The notes under the pieces were generated by a model. The model did no database searches, was not told the DNA's origin, and saw only the letters and a program-made list of their open reading frames with translations. DNA of 64,000 nt. Source: Somniosus microcephalus (lineage: Eukaryota). Shown here piece after piece: positions 13,578 through 25,600 of this stretch. A program made the translations under genes and the position numbers. How positions within the stretch are numbered: position 1 is the first letter of the stretch; each line of letters begins with the position of its first letter. The DNA is taken from positions 9,858,001 through 9,922,000 of the forward strand of contig CM126210.1 of NCBI GenBank assembly GCA_052327205.1, in the 5' to 3' direction.

Positions 13578-14475
13578 TCAACAACAACAAACATTTATAT
13601 AGCGCATTTAACGAAGCAAAACGTCCCAAGGTGCTTAACAAGAGTGATATCAATAAAAACATTTTTGACACCGAGCCACAGAAGGGGATGTCAGGCAGAT
13701 GACAAAAAGCTTGGTCAAAGAGGTAGATTTTGAGGAGCATCTTAAAGGAGGAGAAGTAGGGAGGCAATGGAATGAACCAGTCACATCGCTGGATTCTTAG
13801 ACTAGCTATTTTCTTGGGTTTAGCATCCAAGATTGCTCACATTTGCCAACCTCACATCCTCTAGGATGCAAAGTGAAACATAGGAACAAGAGTAGGCCAT
13901 TCAGCCCCTCAAGACTATCCTGCCATTCTATTAGATCATGGCTGATCTGTACCTCAACTCAATGTACCTCAACTGCATGTTACAAGAGGCCTGGAAATAG
14001 GTGGTGCATCCGATCTTTCAACTGGGTAATAGTATATGGCAATCCAGAAAAGAGGACTAAAATCATTTTGAAATTGAGGCGTTGCCAGATTGGGAGACAA
14101 TGTAGGTCAGTGAGCACAGAGGTGATGGATAAACTGGACTTGGTGCAAGTTAGGATGCGGGGAGCAGAGTTTTACAGAGGGTGGAAGACTGGTCAGGAGA
14201 GCATTGGAATAGTCGAGCCTGGAGGTAACAAAGGCATGGATGAGGGTTTTGGCAGCAGATGAGCTGAGGCGAGGTGGAGACAGGTAACATTACGGAAGTG
14301 GAAGTAGAAGGTCTTGGTGAAGGCGACGATATGAGGTCGGAAGCTCAGCTCAGGGTTAATTAGAACGCTGAGGTTGTGAACAGTCGGGTTCAGCCTCAGA
14401 CAAGGAGGGGGATGGAGTCGGTGGCTAGGAAATGGAGTTTGTGGTGGGGACCGAAGTCAAAGGCTACGGTCTTCC
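13578..14475 (-). mobile_element. L2 LINE 3' region, decayed, with small inserts
   Basis: L2-type 3' end 'caacaacaac..atttatatagcgc..tcccaaggtgct' and 'tggtcaaagaggtagattttgaggagcatcttaaag'. A short CR1 tail is inserted at about 13878-13960. Confidence 0.7.
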
Positions 14476-14770
14476 CGGGTTCAAATCTGGCCTCGGGCGA
14501 CTGTCTGTGTGGAGTTTGCACATTCTCCCCGTGTTTGCGTGGGTTTCCTCCGGGTGCTCCGGTTTCCTCCCACAGTCCAAAGATGTGCGGGTTAGGTTGA
14601 TTTGGCTATGATAAATTGACCCTTAGTGTTAGGGGATTAAATACGTGGGGTTACGGGGATAGGGTGGGATATGTAGGGGTTACGGGGATCGGGTGGGATA
14701 TGTGTCGGTGCAGGCTCGATGGGCCGAAATGGCCTCTATCTGCACTGTAGATTCTGTGATTCTGTGATTC
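14476..14770 (+). mobile_element. HE1-like (V-SINE) SINE
   Basis: B-box-like ccgggttcaaat, V-domain 'tgtgtggagtttgcacattctccccgtg..gggtttcctccgggtgctccggtttcctcccaca', and a CR1-derived tail ending in (attctgtg)2. Confidence 0.9.
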
Positions 14771-15428
14771 AATAAAGCACATAAAAATGAGAGATGAGAT
14801 AAAAAATCAAAGATAGAGAAGAGTATTGGGATAGATGGGGGGTGCGGAGGGGTGCCTGGATAGCAAACATAATTTGTCACAATAAGGTAAAATCAGCTTG
14901 AAATAGGAAGGAAAGTGTAAACCAGACAGATATGGGTTTGTAACTAGACAGAAAGACTGAGCTAGATGAGCAAGATGATGGTGAGCAAAATGAGACAGAG
15001 GAGCAGTCTTTATCATTAACTGATTTTCAAGATAATGGATTGCCCTTAACCAATAATTAATTAGTTACCTCAATGAAACAGAGAAAACAGAAACAGCTGG
15101 AAATAAATAACTATACTGAGGAACTTGGGTGGAGAAAATGGCTAACCACCTAAAACAGGCGCAAGGATCACAAGTATACGATTAACCCGCACCCGTTCAT
15201 TGAGTTGCAAGCAGTATGGCAAATTCGTGCTGCCTGCTGTTTTACAGGATTGCAGCCTGCAGTATCTGCGCTGTTCAATGACCGCACGTGGCAGCAGGGG
15301 GCCCAATATCACAAGTGGTTAGCGCTGCTTAAAGGCAGCCTGCACCTGTTAAACAGGAGGTGCATTGTGGCTGCACAAACTGGTGGGATTCATTTGAAAA
15401 CTGATTCTGTGCTCGGCTACTTTGAGCA

Positions 15429-17170
15429 ATGGTTGAACATGCGAGAAAGCGTGCACCAAGGTTTCCAGACACTGCACTGGAGGTCTTGGTGAAAGAGGTG
15501 GAAAGGAGGAGCGATGTCCTGTATCCGCAGGGAGGCAGGAGGCCCTCCAGACAGATGTTCAGGTGGCAGTGAGAAGTAGTAGTGGCATAGGTCAACGCCA
15601 TGTGTTGCTCCAAGATCATGGTGCTGTGCAGGAAGAAGTTGAACAATCTCACACGAGTTGTCAAGGTCAGCGAGTTCATCTTCAAATGCCACATCCTACC
15701 AACTGCACCACTAGCCTCAGCCACTGCTCAATTCACTATATCCCCATCACCCACCTACCAACAATCGCTATCAATCAGTACTCAACATTAGCATTCATAC
15801 AATTTAACTCACTCTCACACTTAGTACTGTTGCAAGCCTCACACCCACTGGCAGCTATTCAACCAGGACAGCCACATCACCCAAACATACTGCAGGACAC
15901 TCAATGACACACTTTCCTTTTTCTTGCAGGAGAAGGTGGTACGCAACAGCAGGCAGCAGCAAAGAACTGGGGGGACAAGCATACTTGCATGTTTTAACCT
16001 CCATGGGGGAGAAAGTGCTGGCTATCATGGGAAGGGGCAATCGCTGAGGACATGGCTACTGGCAGGACTGAAGTGATTAATGTCTCTCATCCCGCTTCTC
16101 CCTCATCCCTCAATCTCTTCTGACTGAAGCTGCAGAGGGTGTAAGCACACACTTTAGTTTTTCCTCTCCCCTCACCACAAATCAATCCTTGTCCCTTTTT
16201 CATTTCAAATACCCAAGAACTGGAACCTACCCAGTCAATGGAGGAAGAGGGAGAAGAAAGTGAAGATGAACAGACACGGTCATTCGATCTTACAGTCGCA
16301 GCCACCAGCTCAAATACTGACACTGCGCGTATTTTAAAGGCTAGGATAGTGGAGGGAACTGTATGTGGTGAGACACCGGGCACAAGTGCGCAGGAGCCAG
16401 GGCTGGAGAAAGGATAGCGCAGGTGCCAGCTCGTCGGAGGGCAAGGTCGCACATTAGTTTTGCTTCAGAGGACTCAGATGAGGGGTTCGATGGGCCAGGC
16501 TACAGAAGGCAGCTAATAGGTATACACAACCAAATGCTTGGCGCACTTGAAAGCCTGCACTCAATGTGAAGGAGAATCTAAGCGCAGGGCTTGGAGCTCA
16601 TCCTTTCCAACATGGAATGGGTGGTCACATCCATCAGCACACCTGTGGAACCCACCATGATGCAGCGCCTGATGGCCAGTGTCACAGCTTCCATTGCAGC
16701 ACAAACAGCTTCAATCAAAGAACTGAATGCTGCAGTGGAAGCTCAGACTACTGCCATCATGGCTCTGGATATCACTGTTCAAAGGGGCTTCCAGGGCATC
16801 ACAGCAGTCCATCAATCTGTTCTCCAACAGATCAGTAGGATTGTTGAAGCGCCACCCCGGAATAGTGGCAGTGGCTCCATGGAGCACGAACCTGATGTCC
16901 TCTGTTCCTACCCCCTGCCAGTGCCCTTGCTGTTGCCTGTCAGCCAGCGAGTCCAGACTGTTGCAGGCCGAAATGGTGCAGTCTGAAGCTGGGCCTTCTA
17001 GGCCCTGAGCTGCTCGAGGTCACCCTTCCAACGCCATCTGCAGTCTCCTCAATAGGTCAGCAGCCTTTCACCACCCATGCTGCAGCCACTGGGGAAGCAC
17101 CTCGTAGGATCACTAGGAGAGGCAAAGATACAGATAAGACAGGCACTAAGGGAATACACGAGGATGATTA
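15429..17170 (+). pseudogene. Harbinger Myb/SANT-like DNA-binding protein gene (spliced, with stops)
   Basis: Exon 15429-15665 reads MVEHARKRAPRFPDTALEVLVKEVERRSDVLY..Q*E..*VNA..CRKKLNNL, followed by GT. The next exon starts at 15930 after ttcttgcag and reads EKVVRNSRQQQRTGG. Two in-frame stops; the 3' boundary is approximate. Confidence 0.8.
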
Positions 17171-17364
17171 GTTTATTTTTGTATGCATTATGTCATGATT
17201 GAATTTATAAATTTGGATTGTAATATGCATTTTTTGGTGGTTTTTATTTTTGTTGCCGGAAAGAGGACGATGTGATGGTCAGTGATCGAGGAAAGGTAAG
17301 GAGTGTGGGACTGTTGGTGAATGGGGAGGTGTGGTTGCGGTTACTGGTATCACTCATTAATTAT

Positions 17365-18432
17365 TTAATCACGTAGCGCCTGGGCAGAAAGGGGTTGTCT
17401 ACGCTGTATCCTCTCTTTCTCTTCCTCCACTTCCTGTTGCACTTCCTCCTCCTCCACTTCCTGCTTATTAGCTTCTTGCCTGTCCAGTGGTGGCAAGGGC
17501 TGTTCCCTCATAATGGCCAGGTCGTGCAGTATGCAGCATACTACCACAAAACAGGATACCCGGTCAGTTGAGTACTGCAGGGCTCCTCCAGAGCGGTCCA
17601 GGCAGCGGACGCATTGCTCAAGGATGCCGATGGTGTGCTCCATAATGTTCCTTGTAGCAGCATGGCTCGCAATGTAGGCCTGCTGTGCACGTGCGTTCTG
17701 GACCGGAGTCATGGACCATGTCATCAGTGGATACCCCTCGTCACCCAGTAGTCAGCCTTTGACTTACCATGGTTGGTCAAATACAGCTGGCACAGACGAC
17801 TACTGCAGAAAGTAGGAATCATGACTACTGCTAGGTTAACAGGCATTCACTTTATGATGCACTGCCTGTGGTCGCACACTAGCTGCACATTGAGGGAGTG
17901 CAATCCCTTTTGGTTCATGAAAATGACCGAGTTGGCATGAGGCACACCACGGGGAAGCCTGCAATCCGTGCAAACCCTCGTGCTTACGCCGCCCGCTTGT
18001 CTCTGGCAAGAGGGAATGAGATGAAGCTATCCTTCTTTGTATAGTGACCTCCCTTATGCGAGATGTTGCTTATATCTCCAGCAGCAGGCTGGAAGGAACC
18101 AGATGCATAAAAGTTAAAGAGCCACAGACACCTTGACAGCCGCAGGAATGCAGTCCTTGCCCTGCTATGAGGTTGCAGTTGTGGCTGCAGCAGTTGGCAG
18201 ATTTCAGTCATGACCTCTTTAGTGAAGCGAAGACGTCTCAAGCATTGGTCGTCGCTGAAGTTGAGGTAAGACACTTGCTCCCTAAAGACCCTCGGCGGAT
18301 ATGGCCTCCTGCTGAGAGCCCTTCTCCCTTCAACCTCCTCCCTCTTCTAACAGCTTGTCCTGCTCTGCTTGGCCTCTGTTCATTCTCCCAGTAATGCTCC
18401 ATTCTAAGAGGAAGGCCGACCAGGCCATCCAT
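17365..18432 (-). pseudogene. Harbinger (HARBI1-like DDE) transposase remnant
   Basis: Motifs SYLNFSDDQCLRRLRFTKE, FYASGSFQ, HAATRNIMEHTIGIL..VRCLDRSGGALQYS and VVVCCILHDLA, with an acidic tail; frameshifted. Confidence 0.9.
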
Positions 18433-18941
18433 GTCTGGAAGCACAAGATTTTAAAACAACAAAAAAGTACTCAGCACCAACCAGACTACTCCCTGTAGAC
18501 CATTGGAATTTTAGGCAAGTATAGGAAAGCTCCAAAAATGCATACAATTGCACCAGCAGTGGGAAGAAATAATCCAGCAACTAACCTATAAGTAGTTGAT
18601 GATCCCTTTAGGTAGCGCCGGTGGAGGGTCCTTCATGCCGTTTAACGGCATGTTCATCTGTCCGAGGTTAAGACAAGGTATAGGCTGGAGTGTGGCGTTC
18701 GAAAATGGCAGCGCTGGCATCAAATCAGCGCTGCACACTGATTGACGTCATAATCTGCCTGCTCTGCATGCTGCCGGGTGCGCGCATGCAAACCCCTTTA
18801 CCAAGATGGCATCCAGCGCACTTCCAGTCAGAAGTGTGCGCGCGCATCTCAGACGCCATTTTTGACCATTAGGAGGCTGCATAGCGCCTAGAAAACAGGC
18901 GCTACAGAGCCCAATTTCTACCCCATGGCCTCTAATCTGGA

Positions 18942-19216
18942 TGTGGACCCCACCTCATTGTTCTTTGATGTAATGTTTCCCTGACTGACCTGTTTGGACA
19001 CCATTCACACCTTTGACTGCTGTGATTATCTCTCTGCCGAGGTGTGATAAATGGCAGTTGGAAAGGTTACCTGTAAACATCTGACATGATTCTCTGACTA
19101 TATAAGCTGTGTCTTTATGCATTTCTCCACTTCACCTGAAGAAGGAGCAGCGCTCCGAAAGCTTGTGATTTCAAATAAAGCTGTTGGACTATAACCTGGT
19201 GTTGTGTGACTTTTTA
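18942..19216 (+). mobile_element. Short Penelope-like (pseudo-LTR/retrozyme-type) insertion with a 12-bp TSD
   Basis: The direct repeat ctctaatctgga occurs at 18930-18941 and 19217-19228. Internally there is tataag, a hammerhead motif, and aataaa. Confidence 0.75.
19132..19168 (+). ncRNA. Minimal type I hammerhead ribozyme
   Basis: TCAC-CTGAAGA-A-GGAGC-AGC-GCTCC-GAAA-GC-TT-GTGA: stem I TCAC/GTGA, core CUGANGA, stem II GGAGC/GCUCC, GAAA, and a palindromic AAGCUU in place of stem III. Confidence 0.75.
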
Positions 19217-19365
19217 CTCTAATCTGGAAGTTGAGAGTTTAATTTCAACATCAGCAACTTACACGTAACATTCTGGATAGGTTTACAGTATTTCAGGCTT
19301 TAATGGTTATAATATCATGTACACTTAAAAAAACAATAACCTGTGCAGAACTCTCTTTCCAAATA

Positions 19366-19699
19366 CAGGAAACTTTCTGGTATCCGGCACTGACGGGACC
19401 GAGCTGGTGCCGTACCATCAAAACTGCCGTAGAAACCAGCGCTAATGTTAAAACATACGGAGCTTTTGAGCTCCGTGTGAATCAACAAACCCTGTTGCTT
19501 AGCAACAGCTTCAAAACAGTTGGCCGCAGCTTAAAAGCGTCTCTGTAGCTAAGCAACAGTTTCAGCTAGACCTTGCAGAGCCTGACTGGGGGAAAAAAAG
19601 CAACGAGAAGTAAAAAAACTTATAGGAAATGGCTCCTGAATTTTGCCGGTAGATAGAGCTTTCCGGACATTTAACCTCCGGTTAAACGAAAGTTTCCTG
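19366..19699. mobile_element. Tc1/mariner (pogo/Tigger-like) MITE, copy 1
   Basis: TA|CAGGAAACTTT...AAAGTTTCCTG|TA; TA target duplication, about 330 bp. Confidence 0.85.
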
Positions 19700-20089
19700 T
19701 AGTTCTTGCAGCTGCTCAATATTTTCAGCAGTGCAGGAAATGTAGGGAAAAACATTAAGTCATTTTTAAAACAATTTGTAGCTCCCTTGTTTTTCTCTTT
19801 TCTTACCATGCCTCACTGATGCCATGGTATCACAAGGATTTTCAAATATTAAATTTCCCTCCTTTTCCAAGTTACTCTATTGTTACTCTGACAAATGTGA
19901 AAATCTATATATTTCCCAAGTCATAAAGCTTGAGAAAATTGAAGCTTCTACCACTTGCCAATTACCTGCCCTGATGGGAATCATGTGGAATTGAAAATCA
20001 AGTTATTAATGTATTCACTTAAATGTAATCATTTCAAAAAATTCAAATTGTCCAAAAAGAAATCAAAATGTTTTAAAAATTGCAAAAAT

Positions 20090-20480
20090 CAGGGACTCAT
20101 GGTACTTTGGGTCAGCAGTTCGCTTTCAACACTGGGGCCAGAGTTTGAATCAAATCCAGACTAATAAAATTAAAGTCTCCTCTTTCTGCCAGCTCTAAAA
20201 TTGAAATGTATTTGGATAGCATCAATCCAGGTTCAAATGTGCAAATGATTCGCAGCACTAACTGCCTATATTCAGCGCAAACTGGTAATCCTACTCAAAC
20301 AGGTCTTAAGGGAGGCTGTGATGTGAATATGTTCACAATGGTGCAGTAGAGGATACTTCTGTGATTGGGGTTATTGCGTATGGTCACAGTAGAGGAATTT
20401 TTATTTTGCATCGTGCACATACCACTGACTTGGCAGTGCTTGATACTGATAGCCAAAACTGAAGTGTTCCAATACCCATC
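20090..20480 (+). mobile_element. Ancient tRNA-derived SINE, LF-SINE-like
   Basis: tRNA-like head (gggactcatgg..gtttgaatc..cag) and body 'gaaatgtatttgg..tcaatccaggttc..gcagcactaactg..cgcaaactgg', resembling the LF-SINE consensus as recalled. Confidence 0.4.
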
Positions 20481-20509
20481 ACTGCCATGCATTAACTTAC
20501 AAATACAAA

Positions 20510-20922
20510 GAAGGACTTGCATTTATATAGTGCCTTTCATGACCACCAGACATCCCAAAGCACTTTACAGCCAATTAAGTACTTCTGAAGTGTAGTCACT
20601 GTTGTAATGCAGGAAACGCTGCAGCCAATTTGTGCACAAACAGCAATGTGAAAATGACCAGGTGATCCGTTTTCAGTGATGCTGATTGAGGGATAAATAT
20701 TGGCCAGGACTTCAAAATAGTGCCATGGGATCTTTTACGTCCACTTGCGAGAGCAGACTGGGCCTCAGTTTAACGTCTCATCTGAAAGATGGCATCTCAG
20801 ACAGTGCAGTACTTCCTCAATACTGCACTGGAGTCTCAGCTGAGCTTTTTGTAATCAAGTCTCTGTAATAGGACTTGAACCCACAACCTTCTGACTCAGA
20901 GGCAAGGGCCACAGCTGACACT
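20510..20922 (-). mobile_element. Deu-domain SINE
   Basis: The reverse complement contains 'tctgagtcagaaggttgtgggttcaagtcc' and 'cagtgcagtattgaggaagtactgcactgtc..tttcagatgagacgttaaactgaggcc', with an L2-type tail. Confidence 0.8.
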
Positions 20923-21071
20923 TAAAAACTGAAAGAGCACTTTAATTTTTAGTTGCACATTGTGCAACATACTTATTGAAAACTATGCCTATGGGTTTAT
21001 AGATTAAAAACGCTGTTTTGTTCAATCCACCTGTGTATAATTCTTCTTTAAATCAGAACATTTACTGTACT

Positions 21072-21843
21072 AAGATCCCACCACCAAAGACATCTTCCCC
21101 TCCCCTTTCAGCATTCCGAAGGAGCCTTTCCTCCGTGACACCCTGGTCCACTCCTCAATCACCCCCAATACCCACGCCCCCTCCCACAGCACCTTCCTGT
21201 GCAAATGCAGGAGATGCAACACCTGCCCTTTTACCTCCTCCCTTCCCACCGTCCAGGGCCCCAAACACTCCTTCCAGGTGAAGCAACTATTTGCTTGTAC
21301 TTCTTTCAATTTAGTATACTGCATTCGCTGCTCACGATGCGGTCTCCTCTACATTGGGGAGACCAAACACAGACTGGGTGGCCACTTTGTGGGCCACCTC
21401 TGTTCAGTCTGCAAGCGTGACCCCGAGCTTCCGGTTGCCTGTCACTTTAATTCTCCGTTCCACTTCCACTCAAACCTCTCTGTTCTTCGGCCTCCTACAT
21501 TGTTCCAATGAAGCTCAATGCAAGCTCGAGGAACAGCACCTCATCTTTCGATTAGCACTTTACAACCTTTGAGTTCAATACTTATCATAACCTCTGCCCC
21601 CATTTCTTCAGATGGCAGCGGTTGATGGTTCCACTATTCCCATTTACACCTCTTCTAGACCTATCTTTTGTTCCTTTACTTGTCCCATTACCATCGTTTT
21701 GCCTTACACCATCATCCCTTTTGTCTTTTAATCTCTCCCGCCTTCCACCCTATCACAGACCTTCCCTTTTGTTGTTTCCTCTCCTCCCCCTTTCCCTGCC
21801 TCTGCACTTGCTTAAAACCTGTTACATCTCTAACTTTTCTAGA
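21072..21843 (+). mobile_element. Penelope-like element 3' fragment (GIY-YIG endonuclease)
   Basis: ORF 21278-21511 reads CTSFNLVYCIRCSRCGLLYIGETKHRLGGHF..H..PVACHFN, followed by EEQHLIFRL. Confidence 0.88.
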
Positions 21844-22628
21844 TCATAGTGCATTTGGACACTTGGCACAAGGGGAAAGCACAGAGGCACATCGTGTTAA
21901 ACACACACACACACACACATACCAACCATTATTATAATAAAGACTTTACCTTATATTTCACAGTAAATGTTTATTTCTTCAAAAATTATGTTTTCCTGAT
22001 GAACTAAAGTAACAAGCAACAATGAGGTTCAGAGTTAATGTTGAGAACTCCCAGGCCTTATACAGTGGGATATACCCTCCCACTGTATATCACCTTGCCC
22101 TCAACTATAGTGGAGGGACGATGTTGCAGGAGCCTGGAATATTGGCGCCGATAGTTACTATTACGTGCGTACAATTATTTCAGATGCTCCCAAACTAGTC
22201 TGTGTGTCAATACTTCCAATTTGGACACCACCACATGGTCGTGAGGAAGCCTTTGCAGGATCAACTGATCAAAGACTGCCCAAGTCTTGCCCTGATATAC
22301 CTAGAGCATTAAAAGTCAACCATGTAGTGTGGGATCGGAGTTACATGTAAGTAGGGTTGCAAAATTCTGGGAATTTTTAAAAGAGGAAACTTTCCATGGG
22401 AATTTTTGGGAATTTATGGAATTTTGAGGTTTTTTGCACACTGATGGTTTTTGTCTCTGACCCTTATATTATCTTTGTCATCAAAATAGACATACTGTTC
22501 CATACAAATAAAAACAGGCTTTCAAAACTTTATTTAGGTTATAATTTTGAACTTTATTGAACCCCCACAAAAAAGACCCATCTAAAATAAAATAAAGAGC
22601 GTCAGCTTATTTAGCCTGTAATTTGTCC

Positions 22629-25600
22629 TTATTTTGTCCCTTTGAGTCTTCTACTCATCATTGCTCCTCCTGATTCTCTGACTCTGTCCATTTCCTCCTC
22701 TGTGTCAGTGTCTAGCTGTGTGGTGGACACTTCTGTATCTGGCTCAATAAGTTGTAGGTTCGCCCGGATATCCACCAGTTTCTCCACTCTTGCTAGTCAG
22801 CCTGTTGTGCACCTTTGTATGCGTATTCCCAAAAAGTGACCCGTTTTGTTCAGAGGCCGCTGATAAAGGTGGGATTTGGAGTATCACCGATGCAATGGGT
22901 GACAGGGCCTCAGATGCACAAAGTCCCTTCCACCAGGTATGTGCACTGATATGCTTGCATGATTCCCATATCCCGTCCCCATTCCAAAGACCTTGCTTGG
23001 TAGAGAACTTTGCCCACGTCCAGATTGAGGTGGCGTGAGAGGGTAGAAATCACACTGTAAGCGCTGTTGATCTGTTCTCCAGAAAGTATTGGCCTCCCAA
23101 CATGCTTTGGGTCCAGCATGTATGCTGCAGCATGAGTCGGCTGGACACAAAATTCTTGACGCGTCTGTATGAATTGAACAATTGCCTTCGCCTCTGCTTT
23201 GAGCAGCAGGGATGTGGGTAGGGCAATGCTGATTTGTTCTTTTAAATCAGCAAAAAGCCTGAGAACATCTGACAAGACAGCGTCATCTCCTTCAATCTGA
23301 GCAATTGAGTGAGAGTAGTTTAAGGCTGCTAACCACTCTCTCCCAAAACACATCATCCAGCAGTATTTTCTTGATGGTGGTTTCCATATCCCCAGACTGG
23401 GATATTGCCATTTCTTGCCGCGACTCCTTAGCCTCCAGAAGGCTGTTGTACATTATGACAACGCCACCCCATCTAGTGTTGCTGGGCAGCTTCAGTGTGG
23501 TGTTCTTGTTCTTTGTCGTTTGCTTGGAGTTGTAGGTTGCTGCAACGACCTGTTTTCCCCTGACATTCTTAACAACTTGCTTGGCTCTCTTGTACAGTGT
23601 TTCCATGGTTCTCATAGAAACATAGAAGATAGGAGCAGGAGTAGGCCATTCGGCCCCTCGAGCCTGCTCCGCCATTCAATGAGATCATGGCTGATCATCC
23701 AAATTCAGTACCCTGTCCCTGCCTTCTCCCCATATTCCTTGGTCCCTTTAGCCTTAAGAAATATATCCAACTCGTTCTTGAATATATTTAATGAACTGGC
23801 CTCCACCGCCCTCTGTGGCAGAGAATTCCACAGGTTCACCACTCTCTGGGTGAAGAAATTCCTCCTCATCTCAGTCCTAAATGGCTTACCCCTTATCCTT
23901 AGATTATGACCCCTGGTTCTGGACTCCCCGGCCATCGGAAACATCCTTCCTGCATCTAGTCTGTCCAGGCCTGACAGAATTTTATAGGTTTCGATGAGAT
24001 CCCCTCTCAGTCTTCTAAACTCCAGTGAGTATAAGCCCAATCGACACAATCTCTCCTCGTACGTCATTCCTGCCATCCCAGCCATCAGCCTGGTGAATCT
24101 TCGCTGCACTCCTTCCATGGCAAGTACATCCTTCCTCAGATAAGGCGACCAAAACTGCACACAATACTCGAGGTGCGGTCTCACCAAGGCCCTGTACAAC
24201 TGCAGCAAGAGATCCTTGTTCCTGTACTCGAACCCTCTTGCTACGAAGGCCAACATAGCATTTGCCTTCTTAACCGCCTGCTGCACCTGCATGCTTACCT
24301 TCAGCGACTGGTGCACAAGAACACCCAGGTCTCTTTGCACTTCCCCTTCTCCCAATCTATTGCCATTCAAATAATAATCTGCCTTCCTGTTTTTGCCACC
24401 AAAGTGGATAACCTCACATTTATCCACATTATAGTGCATTTGCCATGTTTCTGCCCAATCACCCAACCTGTCCAAATCCTACTGGAGTTTCACGACATCC
24501 TCCTCACAGCATACCCTCCCACCCAGCTTTGTGTCGTCTGCAAATTTGGAGATATTACATCCAATTCCCTCGTCCAGATCATTAATATATATTGTGAACA
24601 GCTGGGGTCCTAGGACCGAACCTTGCGGTACCCCAATAGTCACTGCCTGCCACTCGGGAAACGACCCGTTTATTCCAAATCTTTGCTTTCTATCTGCCAA
24701 CCAGTTCTCTATCCAAGTCAATACCTTGCCCCCAATCCCATGTGCCTTAATTTTGCACGCTAATCTCTTATGTGGGACCTTATCGAAAGCCTTCTGAAAG
24801 TCCAAATACACCACATCCACTGGTTCTCCCTTATCTATTTTACCAGTTACATCCTCAAAAAATTCCAGTAGATTAGTCAAGCATGATTTACCCTTTGTAA
24901 ATCCATGTTGACTTTGTCCGATCCTGTCACTGCTTTCCAAGTGCTCTGCTATTACATCTTTTATAATGGACTCTAGCATTTTCCCCACTACCGATGTCAG
25001 GCTTACCGGTCTATAATTCCCCGCTTCTTCTCTACCACCTTTTTTGAATAGTGGGGTAACATTAGCTACCCTCCAATCCATGGGTACTGTTCCAGAGTCT
25101 ATCGAGTTCTGGAAGATGGCCAGCAATGCATCTATCTCCAGGGCCACTTCGTTAAGTACCCTAGGATGTAGATTATCAGGCCCTGGGGATTTATCGGCCT
25201 TCAATCCAGTCAACTTCCCCAACACCATTGCCCTACAAATACTGATTTCTTTCAGTTCCTCCCTCCCATTAGTCCCTATGTTCCCCGACATCTCTGGGAG
25301 GTTATTTGTGTCCTCCTTTGTGAAGACAGAACCAAAATATGTATTTAATTGGTCTGCCATTTCTTTGTTCACCATTATAAATTCCCCTGATTCTGACTGT
25401 AAGGGACCTACGCTTGACTTCACCAATCTTTTTCTCTTCACATATCTATAAAAGCTTTTACAGTCAGTTTTTATGTTCCCTGCAAGCTTACTCTCATAAT
25501 CTATTTTCCCCCTCTTAATTAATCCCTCAAACCCATGATGTCCTTGAGGAGCAGGTTGAGCCCATGAGCTGCACACCCAATAGACATAATATGAGGGTAG

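Larger units (their letters stand above)
15127..18924. mobile_element. PIF/Harbinger DNA transposon, two-gene, decayed
   Basis: Termini gggtggagaaaatgg / ccaatttctacccc. It contains a convergent Myb/SANT-like gene (+) and a HARBI1-type transposase (-). Confidence 0.88.

Noticed and set aside
14647-14703. Short tandem ggggttacggggat..gggtgggatatgt repeats (also at about 8610-8675), considered as CRISPR-like or telomeric
   Set aside because: There are only two units with no unique spacers, and they are an internal part of the HE1-like SINE.
21995-22015. Other CTGATGA motifs (also at about 29851) as hammerhead cores
   Set aside because: No stem II followed by GAAA and no closing stem I.
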